DNA of 63,401 bases, counting the filler, from Reticulomyxa filosa (lineage: Eukaryota; Protista; Foraminifera), in NCBI GenBank assembly GCA_000512085.1. It is 24 parts of 24 records of this genome, joined end to end, with 100 filler letters (N's around TTAATTAATTAA, not from the genome) between each part and the next. Parts side by side here need not be neighbours in the genome. Positions count along the whole stretch, not along the records: positions 22,190 to 23,812 come from ASPP01018589.1; positions 23,913 to 25,208 come from ASPP01017439.1; positions 25,309 to 26,370 come from ASPP01010795.1; positions 26,471 to 28,956 come from ASPP01018457.1; positions 29,057 to 30,543 come from ASPP01049242.1; positions 30,644 to 32,083 come from ASPP01041750.1; positions 32,184 to 33,518 come from ASPP01026515.1; 17 more parts are not named here. One strand, given 5' to 3'. Of this stretch, positions 22,346-33,618 are shown one piece after another. The notes beneath the pieces are model-generated. The model ran no database searches. It had not been told where the DNA came from and saw only the letters and a program-made list of their open reading frames with translations. The stretch's first letter is position 1; the number at the start of each line of letters is the position of its first letter. A program made the position numbers and the translations under genes.

Positions 22346-23812
22346 CTTTTCTAGAGTTCCACAAGGATTGAAAGAACTCGGCAATGCGCTTGCTCGTGGA
22401 GCCACTACTTCTACGTGACGACGAAGAAGTAGCAGTAGCAGCAGTAGCAGCAGCAGCAGCAGAAGAAGAAGAAGAAGAAGTTCTTGAAGTCACACGAAAG
22501 TTGCGATCCGAGTCATTTGCGTATTTATATGCGCCACTCTGTTTGTCGTGAGCTTTTTTAAGTTTTTGCTTGAGCCATTCCTTGCGATTGTGCACGACCA
22601 TGCTGTCTTCGACGTACAAGTCTTTCATGAGCTTTTCGGACTTGAATTCGATGACTTGGTCAAACACTTCGATCGCTTCTTTGAGTCGGAAGCTCCAAAA
22701 CAAGTGAAATCCATATTCACTATACACCCGAATGGTGTCTTCCGACAATGGCTTTTTGACGGCCAATCGCCAATAATGATTGGCGAGATCCGTGTTCATC
22801 ATGCACGAGTATACATAGCCAATGTCCCCATACACGCTACTCGGATACTTCTTTTCATAATGAATGGCCTTTTGGTAACTGTCCAACCCACTCTGATATT
22901 CAAACACATCTCTGTACATATCGCCTCTGGCCGCCTGATAGCTATGCACTTGCTCGCAAAACGAGTTGATGTTGGCCATCACTTGCAGCCCGCTTTGGAA
23001 CTCCTTTACTTTGTGATAGATCAAAGACTTGCGGAAATGAACCAAATGCACATTCAGCAATTTGCTTCGATTCGGATTCGTCGCAATCGGATTCGACCCA
23101 TTTTGGCGATCTTCCTGTTCGTATCTGTACAAATACTCGATGCACTCGTCACAGCAGTACAACGCAATCAAGTACTGCGACCTGGACACGTAATACATTG
23201 ACAAAAACCAGTAAAAGTCGGCCGGGTTCTGTTCAAAGATGTCTTGATACAACGTGAAATGAATGTACTGGTATACTGACCTTTGTTCATTTTATATATA
23301 TATATATACATATATGTGTATATACATACATATATATGTATGTATGTGTATATGTATATAACATTGACCGATAAAAAAAAAAAAAAAAACAACTTAAACT
23401 CATATTGCTTGCAACTAATCATCAATTGAATGTAACACAAAACCAAACCCATTGCATTTTCGCTGTTGAAATTCGCGTGGTTGTGATTGTGATTGTGATT
23501 GTGATTGTGCCCGTGCTGCTTTTTCAAGAAGGACAGCCCCTCTTCGTACACTTCCAGAGCCTTGCTGTGGTAGCTGATTTTCTCTAAAAAGTCGGCGTAG
23601 CGGTAGTAGTCCTCGATCGATATCTGCTGCTTCAGCACGGGGTCGGCGAATATTTCCTGGTAAATTTGCAGTATTTGAAGGGATAGTTTTGCTTGAAGTC
23701 ATTGAGATATTTGGCGTACTGTGTGCGATAGTTTAAGGATTTTTTGGCGCTACTGTTGAGGATATTGTAATTGTTATTATTATTATTATTATTATTATTG
23801 TGATTGTGATGG
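22190..23812 (-). CDS. TPR-like helical-repeat protein, spliced, partial, with poly-Q/S/A and HN runs
   Basis: Helical repeats such as SSVYGDIGYVYSCMMNTDLANHYWRLAV and YYRYADFLEKISYHSKALEVYEEGL. TA-rich intron at ~23282-23394. Confidence 0.6.
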
Positions 23813-24775
23813 NNNNNNNNNNNNNNNNNNNNNNNNNNNNNNNNNNNNNNNNNNNNTTAATTAATTAANNNNNNNNNNNNNNNNNNNNNNNNNNNNNNNN
23901 NNNNNNNNNNNNGCTCGTCTTTCCTCTTTACTTGGATTTATTGTCACCAAGCACGAGTTCCCGTGCATTTTTTTCTCTTCTTTTCTTTTTTTTCTTCAGT
24001 CTTTACCAAAACTCTTTGAAAGAGTCTACTCAATGCAATGCGCAAAGTAGTCAACAATTGTATATAAATAATGCTAATGTTTCTTATAAGCCAGCTTCAA
24101 AAAAAAAAAAAAAAAAAAGGTGTTCTCCCAGGAGTAACAATAGTGAGGATAAGGATATTCTCATATTATAACAAATGCAAAAGTTTCACCTGATGTACAA
24201 ACTCGCAAAAAAAAAATCATTAAATAAGATAAATTTGCAAAAGAAATTCTCAAGCAAATTGCATAATTTTGTTTTTGAACAAGTAAAGTAAAGTCTAATA
24301 TACTTTTTTTTTACTTCATTAAAATGGATATAATTGATATGACATTTCAAATGGAAATAGAAAAATTAGAAAGCACATTTTGTGATAAATATCTAAACTA
24401 TTAGGAAGTCTTAGGACATTGCGGTCTAGCAAGGATTAAAAGTTTTATGTGTATGTGCAGTCTTATGTAAAAAGTATTGTAATGAATATGCTAAAATTCA
24501 ATATAACATATAACAAGCACACAAAGCATTTAGATAAACAAAAAACATTGCAGATTAGTTTGAATTTTAGAGCAGCAAAATAATGGAAAAGTCATTGAGA
24601 ACATGTAAAATTTGACAAAAGGTACAATTGAAATATATAATAAGTAAGTACGACATTTTATCGAGAGTGTTTTCAAAAAAAAAAAGTGACTTGTTCAAAT
24701 TTTTAAGAGGGGCAACTTGAATAAAAACTCATTTATAAATAATACTAAACGCTTACAAATGAGAAGAAACGATAG

Positions 24776-25208
24776 GTGATGGAGCAGCGGGTAAAACATG
24801 TTTTTTGATAGCATACACAACAAGAGTCTTTCCAAGTGAATATATTCCCACCATATTTGACAGTTGCTCTGTCAATATAACATGGCAAGACACGCTGTTT
24901 CAAATTCAATTGTGGGACATCTCGGTAAGTTCATACAATTTTTTTTACTCAACGCATTGCAACACAATCCATAATGTCTTATGCGCAAATAATGCGACCT
25001 ACAACAGGACACAGACGGTAACGTGGGGCAACACATATGTGCATTTGGATTGTCTTTTGACACACTCCAAACAATAAGTGTTGTTTTTTTGTTACCATTC
25101 AATCAACTCAAAAAAAAAAGATTTCAATCGTTTGCGACAGCCGCTTTTTTCCAACAGCAGATGTGTTTTTAATATGCTTTGATATCACTCAAAGATTGTC
25201 TTTTCAAA
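24776..25208 (+). CDS. Rho/Rac-family small GTPase, partial and possibly degenerate
   Basis: GDGAAGKTCFLIAYTTRVFPSEYIPTIFD (G1/switch I), LWDIS, and downstream exon DFNRLR...ADVFLICFDI. Confidence 0.8.
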
Positions 25209-25308
25209 NNNNNNNNNNNNNNNNNNNNNNNNNNNNNNNNNNNNNNNNNNNNTTAATTAATTAANNNNNNNNNNNNNNNNNNNNNNNNNNNNNNNNNNNN
25301 NNNNNNNN

Positions 25309-26116
25309 TTTACGGTAAACCTGCTGAAAACCGGCGATAACCAAAGCAATAGCAAGTTATGGCTCAGCAATGGTTTAAACCCTTCCACCCTGGAGTCATT
25401 TGAGTTTGGCAACAGTGGCATGCAAGGCAATAGTAATAAGCTCAGAGACGATGCGACCTACCGCGATATCATGCTGTTGGACAGCAATACTTATCTGCTG
25501 GTCGTCAGAGATAGCCATCAAATTCTCAGTTTTAACCCAGCCACTCCAAACCAAACCCGCGTTTGGGCTAGCGGCGCAGGCTTAAATAAACCGGAACATT
25601 TGGCTTTAGCCAGCGATGGCAGCGTATTAGTGACCAATGCCGGTAGCCGCGCAGTCAGCCGCTTTAGTGCAAGCGGGCAGTATCTGGGCGAGCTGATCAG
25701 TGCAGGCAGTGGTGGTCTTGGTGTGCCGGCTTGTATTGGCGTTGATAACGGTGGCTTTATTTACCTGTGCAGCAGTGATAATCATTTGTTATTAAAGTAC
25801 AGCGCAAACGGCGCGCCGCTGGCCGTGCTTGCATCAGGACCAACCGCCGGGGATTAACCAGCCGGTGTCGCTGCAATTGGTTGGGGCGCCCCTCGATACT
25901 GCACCGCTGGATCCTAGTAATGACAGTGACGGTGATGGCGTTGCCAACAACAAAGATAAATACCCGCTGGATGCCAGCCGCTCCGCCGATGCAGTGATCC
26001 CACCGGTACAACCGGATACACCAGCGGCGAAAAGCGGCGGCGCCGCTGGACTGGTCAGTGTGTTGCTGGGATTGCTGATTTGCTGGCGGCGGCGCCGATT
26101 TACCGCGCGCCGTTGA
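25309..26116 (+). CDS. Bacterial NHL/beta-propeller surface protein with a TSP3-like repeat and GlyGly-CTERM tail; 5'-partial; extra G at ~25850
   Basis: GLNKPEHLALASDGSVLVTN repeats, DSDGDGVANNKDKYPLD, and C-terminal KSGGAAGLVSVLLGLLICWRRRR. Removing one G from ggggattaa joins the ORFs. Confidence 0.8.
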
Positions 26117-26125
26117 ATATCGGTG

Positions 26126-26370
26126 ATGAATTACATTTTTTATTATTCAGCACTTTTTGTTATTCAGCACAATGACCGTAGCATACGCCGAAGCCAGGCT
26201 CAGTGAGCCTGGCGGTTGGCAGCCTGGCTGTTGGTTACCAGCGGCCTTGCCCACCAAGCGGCGGGCTACAGCTAACCATCGCATCATTGATAAGTCAGGC
26301 AAAACACCGCAGGCAAAACAACGGAGTTATTACCGCAGAGGAGTGTTCAGCGCATGCATCCGGCCAAAGT
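26126..26370 (+). CDS. Bacterial exported protein, N-terminus only, frame errors
   Basis: ATG 10 nt after the previous stop; signal-peptide-like MNYIFYYSAL/LFSTMTVAYA. Confidence 0.35.
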
Positions 26371-26470
26371 NNNNNNNNNNNNNNNNNNNNNNNNNNNNNN
26401 NNNNNNNNNNNNNNTTAATTAATTAANNNNNNNNNNNNNNNNNNNNNNNNNNNNNNNNNNNNNNNNNNNN

Positions 26471-26509
<39 letters not shown>

Positions 26510-26580
26510 GCAAGAGGGAATATATAAAATTGAAATAAAACTTATATGTATTATAATATATTATATACATAAATACATAT

Positions 26581-28915
26581 TTATATAACTTTAAAAAAAG
26601 ATTGTGCTTCTTCCAAGAAAAACGCAAGTAATTTAAGAGCGTGAATCCTTCGTTTGATGGCTTCAGATTTGGGGGTTAATCTGGTTGGCAACGTTTGGGA
26701 CGACACTTTGGCAAGCAACGTTGCTCCGGCGACAATGAATCGATCAAAGTGGTTTTCGAACAACGAGTCGATAAATTTGGACATCCATTCGTGAAAGTCT
26801 TGGTCAATGACTTTGCAGTTCAAGAAGCGGATCACTTGCTGCTCTGTTGACTGCACAATCGACACATGTCTCGCAACATCGATGACCACATTGCGCATGT
26901 CTTCTTCAATCGTTGTGGTTGGAACTTTTTCCTTTTCTTTGTCTTTTTCCTTTTCCTTTTCTTTTGCGTTTTCGTTTTCCTTATCTTTTTCCTTTTCTTG
27001 TATTTCTCCGAGTTCGTGTTCATGGTGGTCGTGGTCGTGGTCGTGGTCGTGGTGATCGTCATCGTGGTCGTGGTGGTGGTCGTGGTGGTCGTCGTCATCG
27101 TATTCCCGTTCATGATCATGTTCATTTTGTTCATGTTCATGTTCATGTTCGTGTTCGTGATCATGCTCGTGTTCATGTTCGAGCTCGCCTTTTTTGTATT
27201 TCTTATTCTTTTCCTGCTCAATGTCTTTTGTCTTGTCATTGTCATTTTCGTGATCCTTTTCTCTGCCATCTTCGTCGTGGTTGTGATCGTTGGCTGTGTC
27301 GTTCGTGTCGTTATCAAATGTCATTGGGACAATGGCACCGGTCGTCGCTGTTATCTGACTATCCACTAGCGCTGTGGGGTTGCCTGCGATGAGACTGGCG
27401 CGCTTTTGGTTTGCCTTTCGTGCACTCTTCGACTGCTTCAGCACCGCCGTCAATATCGATTTCGCCACGTTTTCACGGGCGTCTTCGTGTCGCAAAAACA
27501 TTGACAAGTGGATCATCGACATGAATGCCATTGTATCCAATTCTTGCGCACGTGTAGTGTATACATGGTTCAACCACTTTTCAAAAGTAAATCAATACAA
27601 AACACAAGTTGTTTGTTTGTTTATTTGCTTGTTTATTTTTTCAATTCATCTTCTCTTAAAAAAAAAAAAAAAAAAGAGATAAAACTAAACTTTCAATACT
27701 TTGACATAAACTTCGTTCTTGAAAAACGAAACATAAGCAGTTAATGCATCTCTTACCAAAGTGACAAAGTCAGCCAACATGCCTTTAGGAAAACTTTTAA
27801 TGCTATTTAATGTCTGTCAACGATCATTAAAAAAAAAAAAATTATTATGATAATTCTTTCTCATTTCATATTATACTATATATACACATATGCATATATA
27901 TATATATATATACATATATAGTATAAACTGTAAAGGCTTCCAAAGCATATAAGAAACCATGCCTGTCATACGAATAAATTCCTCCGACCAAACAGGCGAA
28001 ACACCCAGCCAACAATTTATCTTCTTCACGACCAGTTTCTCCAAATTTGGCAAATCGACGAATTACACTTTTGTAGTCGCGCTTGTAAACAATAACCGTT
28101 TGTCCCATGTCGATTTCGGGCGTGCGTCCAATGGGCGTGCGAGAGATTTCGTGATATCCGATCGGGACCTTTTCCTTCTTCACCTGAACGACGCCCATCT
28201 TCACGATCGGCGGGCCTTCTCCACGGTGAATGCACAAAAACAACGCCGGTGATTTTGTACGTGCGCACAAATTGGCGTCTTTTGCGCCTGGAGTTCGACG
28301 AACCATTTCAAACCCCAACGGTGGCTTTTTATTTATTTATTTGTTTGTTTGTTTGATTGTTTAATTTGTATTTTTGGATAGGAGAGGAGAAATAGGGAGG
28401 AGGGGGGGGGAGTAGACATACTCCAATCGAAAAGCACAAAGTATAAAAAGTCACCTCTTCTCCAAGATCAGGACTAATCAATGTCACGGCAGTGATAGGT
28501 TTCTCTTCCCGTGATCGACGAAGATACATGTAAGGACTTTTGGTCCCATGACTTTGTAAATCGCCCGATCTGTCCCATTATATATATATACATATATGTA
28601 TATGTATATATATATGTATATATTCCAAAGGAAGTGCAAAATAACAATATATAATATACACATATGTACATATAAATATTATGTGTTGTATAAAAGGCCC
28701 GTGCTAAGATGGGCTAGAAAACACAGAAAAGGGGACACATCAGTTTGGGTCGATTGTGCATACCCTCCGCCCACGGATTGCTTGAGTAATTCATAGTGCG
28801 GTGGTATAGTCTCTGGTGTTTTCCCTTGAAATGTGATCCCCAGGTCTGTTATTGGCGGAAGTTCTCTTTCTTCTTTATCGGGTTCTACCAATTCAAATAC
28901 GTCCGAGGATTTTTT
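26581..28915 (-). CDS. MABP (MVB12-associated beta-prism) domain protein with a following helical region, possibly an Arf-GEF (BIG/GBF) N-terminus; multi-exon, partial
   Basis: Repeated MABP-type units PPITDLGITF...PPHYELL, KPITAVTLI...PLGFEMVRRTPGAKDANL and PPIVKMGVV...PIGYHEISRTP. Long His/Asp/Glu low-complexity insert. Confidence 0.65.
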
Positions 28916-29056
28916 TTCTATTTTTTTTTTTTTTTTTTTTTTTGTTTTGTTGTTTANNNNNNNNNNNNNNNNNNNNNNNNNNNNNNNNNNNNNNNNNNNN
29001 TTAATTAATTAANNNNNNNNNNNNNNNNNNNNNNNNNNNNNNNNNNNNNNNNNNNN

Positions 29057-30543
29057 AATAACGACAATGAGAATATGAATGGCAACAAAGATGCAAATGA
29101 CGATGACGATGACGACACCACGATGTTGAATGGACCATTGTTCGCAGACGACATGGACATGGATGTGAGCGACTCGGACGTGGAAATGAACGAGGACAAA
29201 CCGGACGCGAGTGACGCGCAAGCGCGCAAAGACACAGGACGTGAGTATCGCGAGGCAATGTCAATCGCGTCGTCCTCCGTCCCCAAAGGTGTGATCATCG
29301 CCAACGACATCTCCTTAGTGCCGCGTCTGCACGAGAGCGAAGAAGACTTGGACCTGCGCATGAAGCTAGAACAAATCCTGTCCGACTCGCGCACCGACAC
29401 CATGAAAAATCAAAAGTGTCCTGTCTGTGGCGAGTTTTATCCCATTACGCAATTATCCGATCACGTCAAGTTTATACATATATTTATATATATGTATATG
29501 TATATATGTATATGTATGTTAATCAATTAATGAATCTTTTTAAATGAAAACAATTAAATAGAATCGAATTACTCGACCCCAAGTGGAAAGAACAAAAGGA
29601 CGCATTGCGTGTGAAAGTATCTCAATCTTCGCTCGCTGGCAACGTTCAAATTGCCGAAAGCTTGGTATATTAATTTTAAAAAAAAAAAAAAATATATATA
29701 TATATACATATATATATACATATATGTGTATATATAGTTGGAGTTTTCAAAACAACATGCCCGATTGTACGATGTTCCGGACGAGAACAGCGAGAAAGGA
29801 GAACAGCTGACGTCGATCGTGCAATGGGATGGCCACAAAGACACACTTGCGGCGAACAAGGCGTTGGCGAAAGTGCAAGACCAAATCGAAAAAGTGAAGG
29901 AAAAGCAGAAGAAGCTGGAGGAGAAAGAGCGAGAGCGGAAAGAGCGTGGAGACGAGCCACAACCAATTGCAGGACCACAGGCATTGCAGCCCGCCTTGCA
30001 TCAAGCCAAAGATCGTCCATCCATTGACGATCTGTCCGACAGCTATCGCACTACCATTGTCATGGACGCCGAGAGACAAAAGATGATTGAAAAAGATAAT
30101 CCTAATATTCATAATAATAATATTCATAATAATAATATTCATAATAATAATATTCATAACATTCATAACATTCATAATATTCATAATATTCATAATATTG
30201 GAAATGAAAGCAATAAAAACATAATGAATAAAGACACAATGGAAAGAGATGCAAACAAAATGCTAGGCAACGCGACGCAGAAAACAATGCCGAATACGCT
30301 GTCCACAAATACGGCGTTGCAAAATATCGCAGCGGCACAGCTCGCTGCTCGCGCCGCGGCGTTTGGAGTGATGCCGCAAGGTATGCCCCCCTTTGGCTGG
30401 TACAATCCATCAATGTTCCCTGGAATGATGGGCGGGCCTGGAGCGGGTATGCCCATGGGAATGGGAATGCATCCCTCCGCCACGTCCTCAATGCAAATGC
30501 CCATGGGCTTGGGTATGAACATGAATATGAATATGAATATGAA
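29057..30543 (+). CDS. SF3A1: Splicing factor 3A subunit 1 (Prp21), internal part, spliced
   Basis: KCPVCGEFYPITQLSDHV, then RIELLDPKWKEQK, then IVQWDGH match conserved SF3A1 motifs. Pro/Met/Gly-rich tail. Confidence 0.8.
30102..30199 (+). repeat. Tandem (AAT)ATTCAT minisatellite encoding NIH/NNNIH repeats within SF3A1
   Basis: Direct reading: 15-nt units shortening to 9-nt units. Confidence 0.85.
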
Positions 30544-30654
30544 NNNNNNNNNNNNNNNNNNNNNNNNNNNNNNNNNNNNNNNNNNNNTTAATTAATTAAN
30601 NNNNNNNNNNNNNNNNNNNNNNNNNNNNNNNNNNNNNNNNNNNTAGTGCAGATG

Positions 30655-31135
30655 AGGGTTGGTAATCGATCAAGATATGAAATTAACATTGCAAATATCA
30701 ATATGCAAGCAGATCTATAATCAATTGATTTTATTCCAAACTTGCATCAAAAGCAGCACCACATCTGTTTATTGCAAGAAGGATTCAGATCAAGAAGGAC
30801 ATCGATTATAACTCCAGTATCTTTATGTTCATCACTGGAGTGAGACAGGAAGATCTGGAGTGTTATGTCGAAGATATTTACATTCATCATACGGTTATTC
30901 AATTTATTTGGTGAAAATCTCGTGTCCTGATCAAAAGAGACCGTTATTGTTCTGCATTCGAGCAAGAATGACAATCTGCTATGAAAATCGCTGAATATAT
31001 TGTCATTGGAGGAGATTGTAATGTGGTTAGATCATAATATCGACGATGCAGGTGAGAATATTCTTGATTTCATTGTATCCAATGGATTACACATTATCAA
31101 GCATTGATATCACATTATGTTCATCGTCTGTCCTT
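30655..31135 (+). mobile_element. Degenerate non-LTR retrotransposon ORF2 AP-endonuclease remnant
   Basis: Broken-frame motifs HICLLQE, YIVIGGDCN, WLDHNIDDAGENILDFIVSNGLHII and IDITLCS, in APE domain order. Confidence 0.75.
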
Positions 31136-32183
31136 CCATTACACAATTCAAGACATTGAACACCAATAAGATGTATTATTCCAAGAGAAAAATTCAGCGA
31201 GACATTTGTCGTCGTACAAGAAAGCCCAGCAATTGCAGTACTAAATAATACAATACGTTACAAAAAGTAATTAACAAACAACATTCAAGCTTCAACATTG
31301 AGGCAATAATTTTATTTTAAAATTTGTTTAGGTGAAGATAGAGATTGCATCCTTTTATAACATTTCAAAATGATATCAATTTAACCCCCAAAACTTTATG
31401 TGCTCATCACATTTAATAGCCTTGCCTCACCAGCTCAGAGGGGATCCAAGGATCCCTTTGGGCCACGCTCAGAATCAAATTAAGATGGATAAAATGTAAC
31501 ACTCTTACAAATTTAAACAAAACTATTGCACTCAAAAATAAACATAAAATTTGCTGAAGCATTTTTTTCTTTGGTTTTCGGGTGCATTTTCTTTAGTTTC
31601 CAGGCCTTTGGAGCCTTCAGTGATCTTGCCTTCTGTGGCCTTTTCTTGCTCGTGCCTGCGGTTCCTCGCACGCTGCTAGAGCAAGTGCTTTCCGCGCATC
31701 TAAATGAGATGTTGGTCGCGATGAGGAGATGCTGTTACCCCTGTTGGCTTTTTTTTTTTGAAAAGGTTTTATTGTATTCATTGACATTTAGTGAACACAA
31801 GATTATTTGTCAGTTGATTTATTGAATGAGAAATAATTCATTGTTGGTGATCGACGGTTGAAACCAGATGTCAGTATTAAAGTTGTAAAAGTAGCAGCCA
31901 ATTTCGTAGTCGATACCAAGAGAAGGATTTGAATAATTGTCAAGCTTCTTCAAGAAAATCTCAATTTAAATTGAAATAACTTTATTGTTTTTCATTTGAC
32001 TATTTTTGCATGGATCTTTTTGGTCTTTCTTTTGTTTTGTGTTTCTTTGAGTACTGTGTTCTATTTCTTAAAATGATGTGCTCNNNNNNNNNNNNNNNNN
32101 NNNNNNNNNNNNNNNNNNNNNNNNNNNTTAATTAATTAANNNNNNNNNNNNNNNNNNNNNNNNNNNNNNNNNNNNNNNNNNNN

Positions 32184-33518
32184 TTTGTCTCCTTTTTGCA
32201 ATGCACTTGCCAAAGTGTCCATCATTCATTTATCGTATTAACATGCACAAAAACCAGCACTATCTGCATTCAAATGAACCCATCCAGCGTTCTTTGGTAG
32301 ATTAACGACTTGTTTTTTGTGTTCAAATAACACAGTAATTGTTTCATGTCCAATACGTAATTTCATTGGAATTGACCATACACTTTTTCCTATGTTTAAA
32401 AAAATATTTTATCTTTTTTGTTGCAAAAAAAAAATAAATTAAAAAATATCACAAGATAAATTAAAATCAAACCTGCTCTGAAGTCAATTTTCCTGAAGAT
32501 AAATGACGAATTTGTGTTAATGTCAATTTATCACCTTTGCAATAAGATATTGCATCAAATACTTCATCAGCTTCAGCAGGTGTTTGTGCATCAACTTCAA
32601 TTTGATGACTTGTTGCCATTCCATCTAATTCAAATGCTCGCGAATATTCACTCGTAATAAATATATTCTACATCTTTATTATAATAATAGAAAAAATATT
32701 TTATATTATAAGTCATTTTATTAAAAATAAAATAAAAAAATAAAACAAAACTCGCGTAACTAAATTACCAAACCATTGATGTGCTAATTCATGACAAACT
32801 ACTATTGCTACATATCGCAATTGTCATACCGAAGTCTTTTCTTTGTCGGCCAACAATGCAATTTCTCGATATGTGATTAAACCCCAATTTTCCATCGCTC
32901 CTGCTGCAAAATCTGGTACTGCAATCATATCACATTTTGGTAACGGATATTCAATTTGAAAATATCTATAATATTGATTATAATACAATACAATAAACAT
33001 TATATAATAAATAAATAAGAAGATCATATTTATATATATGTACATATATGTATATAATGTAAAATTATAACTGTTCATAAAAATCTAAACACTTGCACGC
33101 TGTTTCGCAAGCAAAAATTGCATAATTTTTTTTTCCAATTTGAGTCCATACACGGACCATAATATTCCGACTTGTTTTGGATTCAACGCATTCAAATTCA
33201 CCAACAAACCATGCTAATAAATACGTTGACATTATTGGCGATTTGTCAAAAACAACAGTTTTGACATAACCAAACGTCTTTATTTCAACCACTATACAAA
33301 AAAAAGATCACATTACACACACAATCAAAGCAAACAAACACATTAAAATAAATAAATATTTAAAGAAAATCATTCCAGGCATATTTGACAGGCACACTAA
33401 ATCACTTGGTGCAGTTAGTTCTAAAGTAAATGTTGATTTAGTACTGGGTTCATCCCAACAAGTCAATGCCTTACGAGCATCTGTTGCTTCAAATTGTGTT
33501 ATGCCACAATACGCAGGA
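32184..33518 (-). pseudogene. M1 family (puromycin-sensitive-like) aminopeptidase, intron-containing but internally deleted
   Basis: [31 protein letters not shown] and FDAISYCKG are present. The LWLNEGFA segment is absent and there is an apparent in-frame TAG at 32668-32670. Confidence 0.8.
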
Positions 33519-33618
33519 NNNNNNNNNNNNNNNNNNNNNNNNNNNNNNNNNNNNNNNNNNNNTTAATTAATTAANNNNNNNNNNNNNNNNNNNNNNNNNN
33601 NNNNNNNNNNNNNNNNNN

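Noticed and set aside
25845-25857. Programmed frameshifting in bacterial or eukaryotic genes (also ~901, ~14900, ~49520)
   Set aside because: Single-base indels, mostly in homopolymer runs of a draft assembly, with no slippery site plus stimulator seen; sequencing error or decay is more likely.
26807-27392. Long antisense ORFs rich in V/I/F/S (also 14828-15312, 21348-21830, 60949-62120)
   Set aside because: By-products of tri- and hexanucleotide low-complexity repeats on the coding strand.
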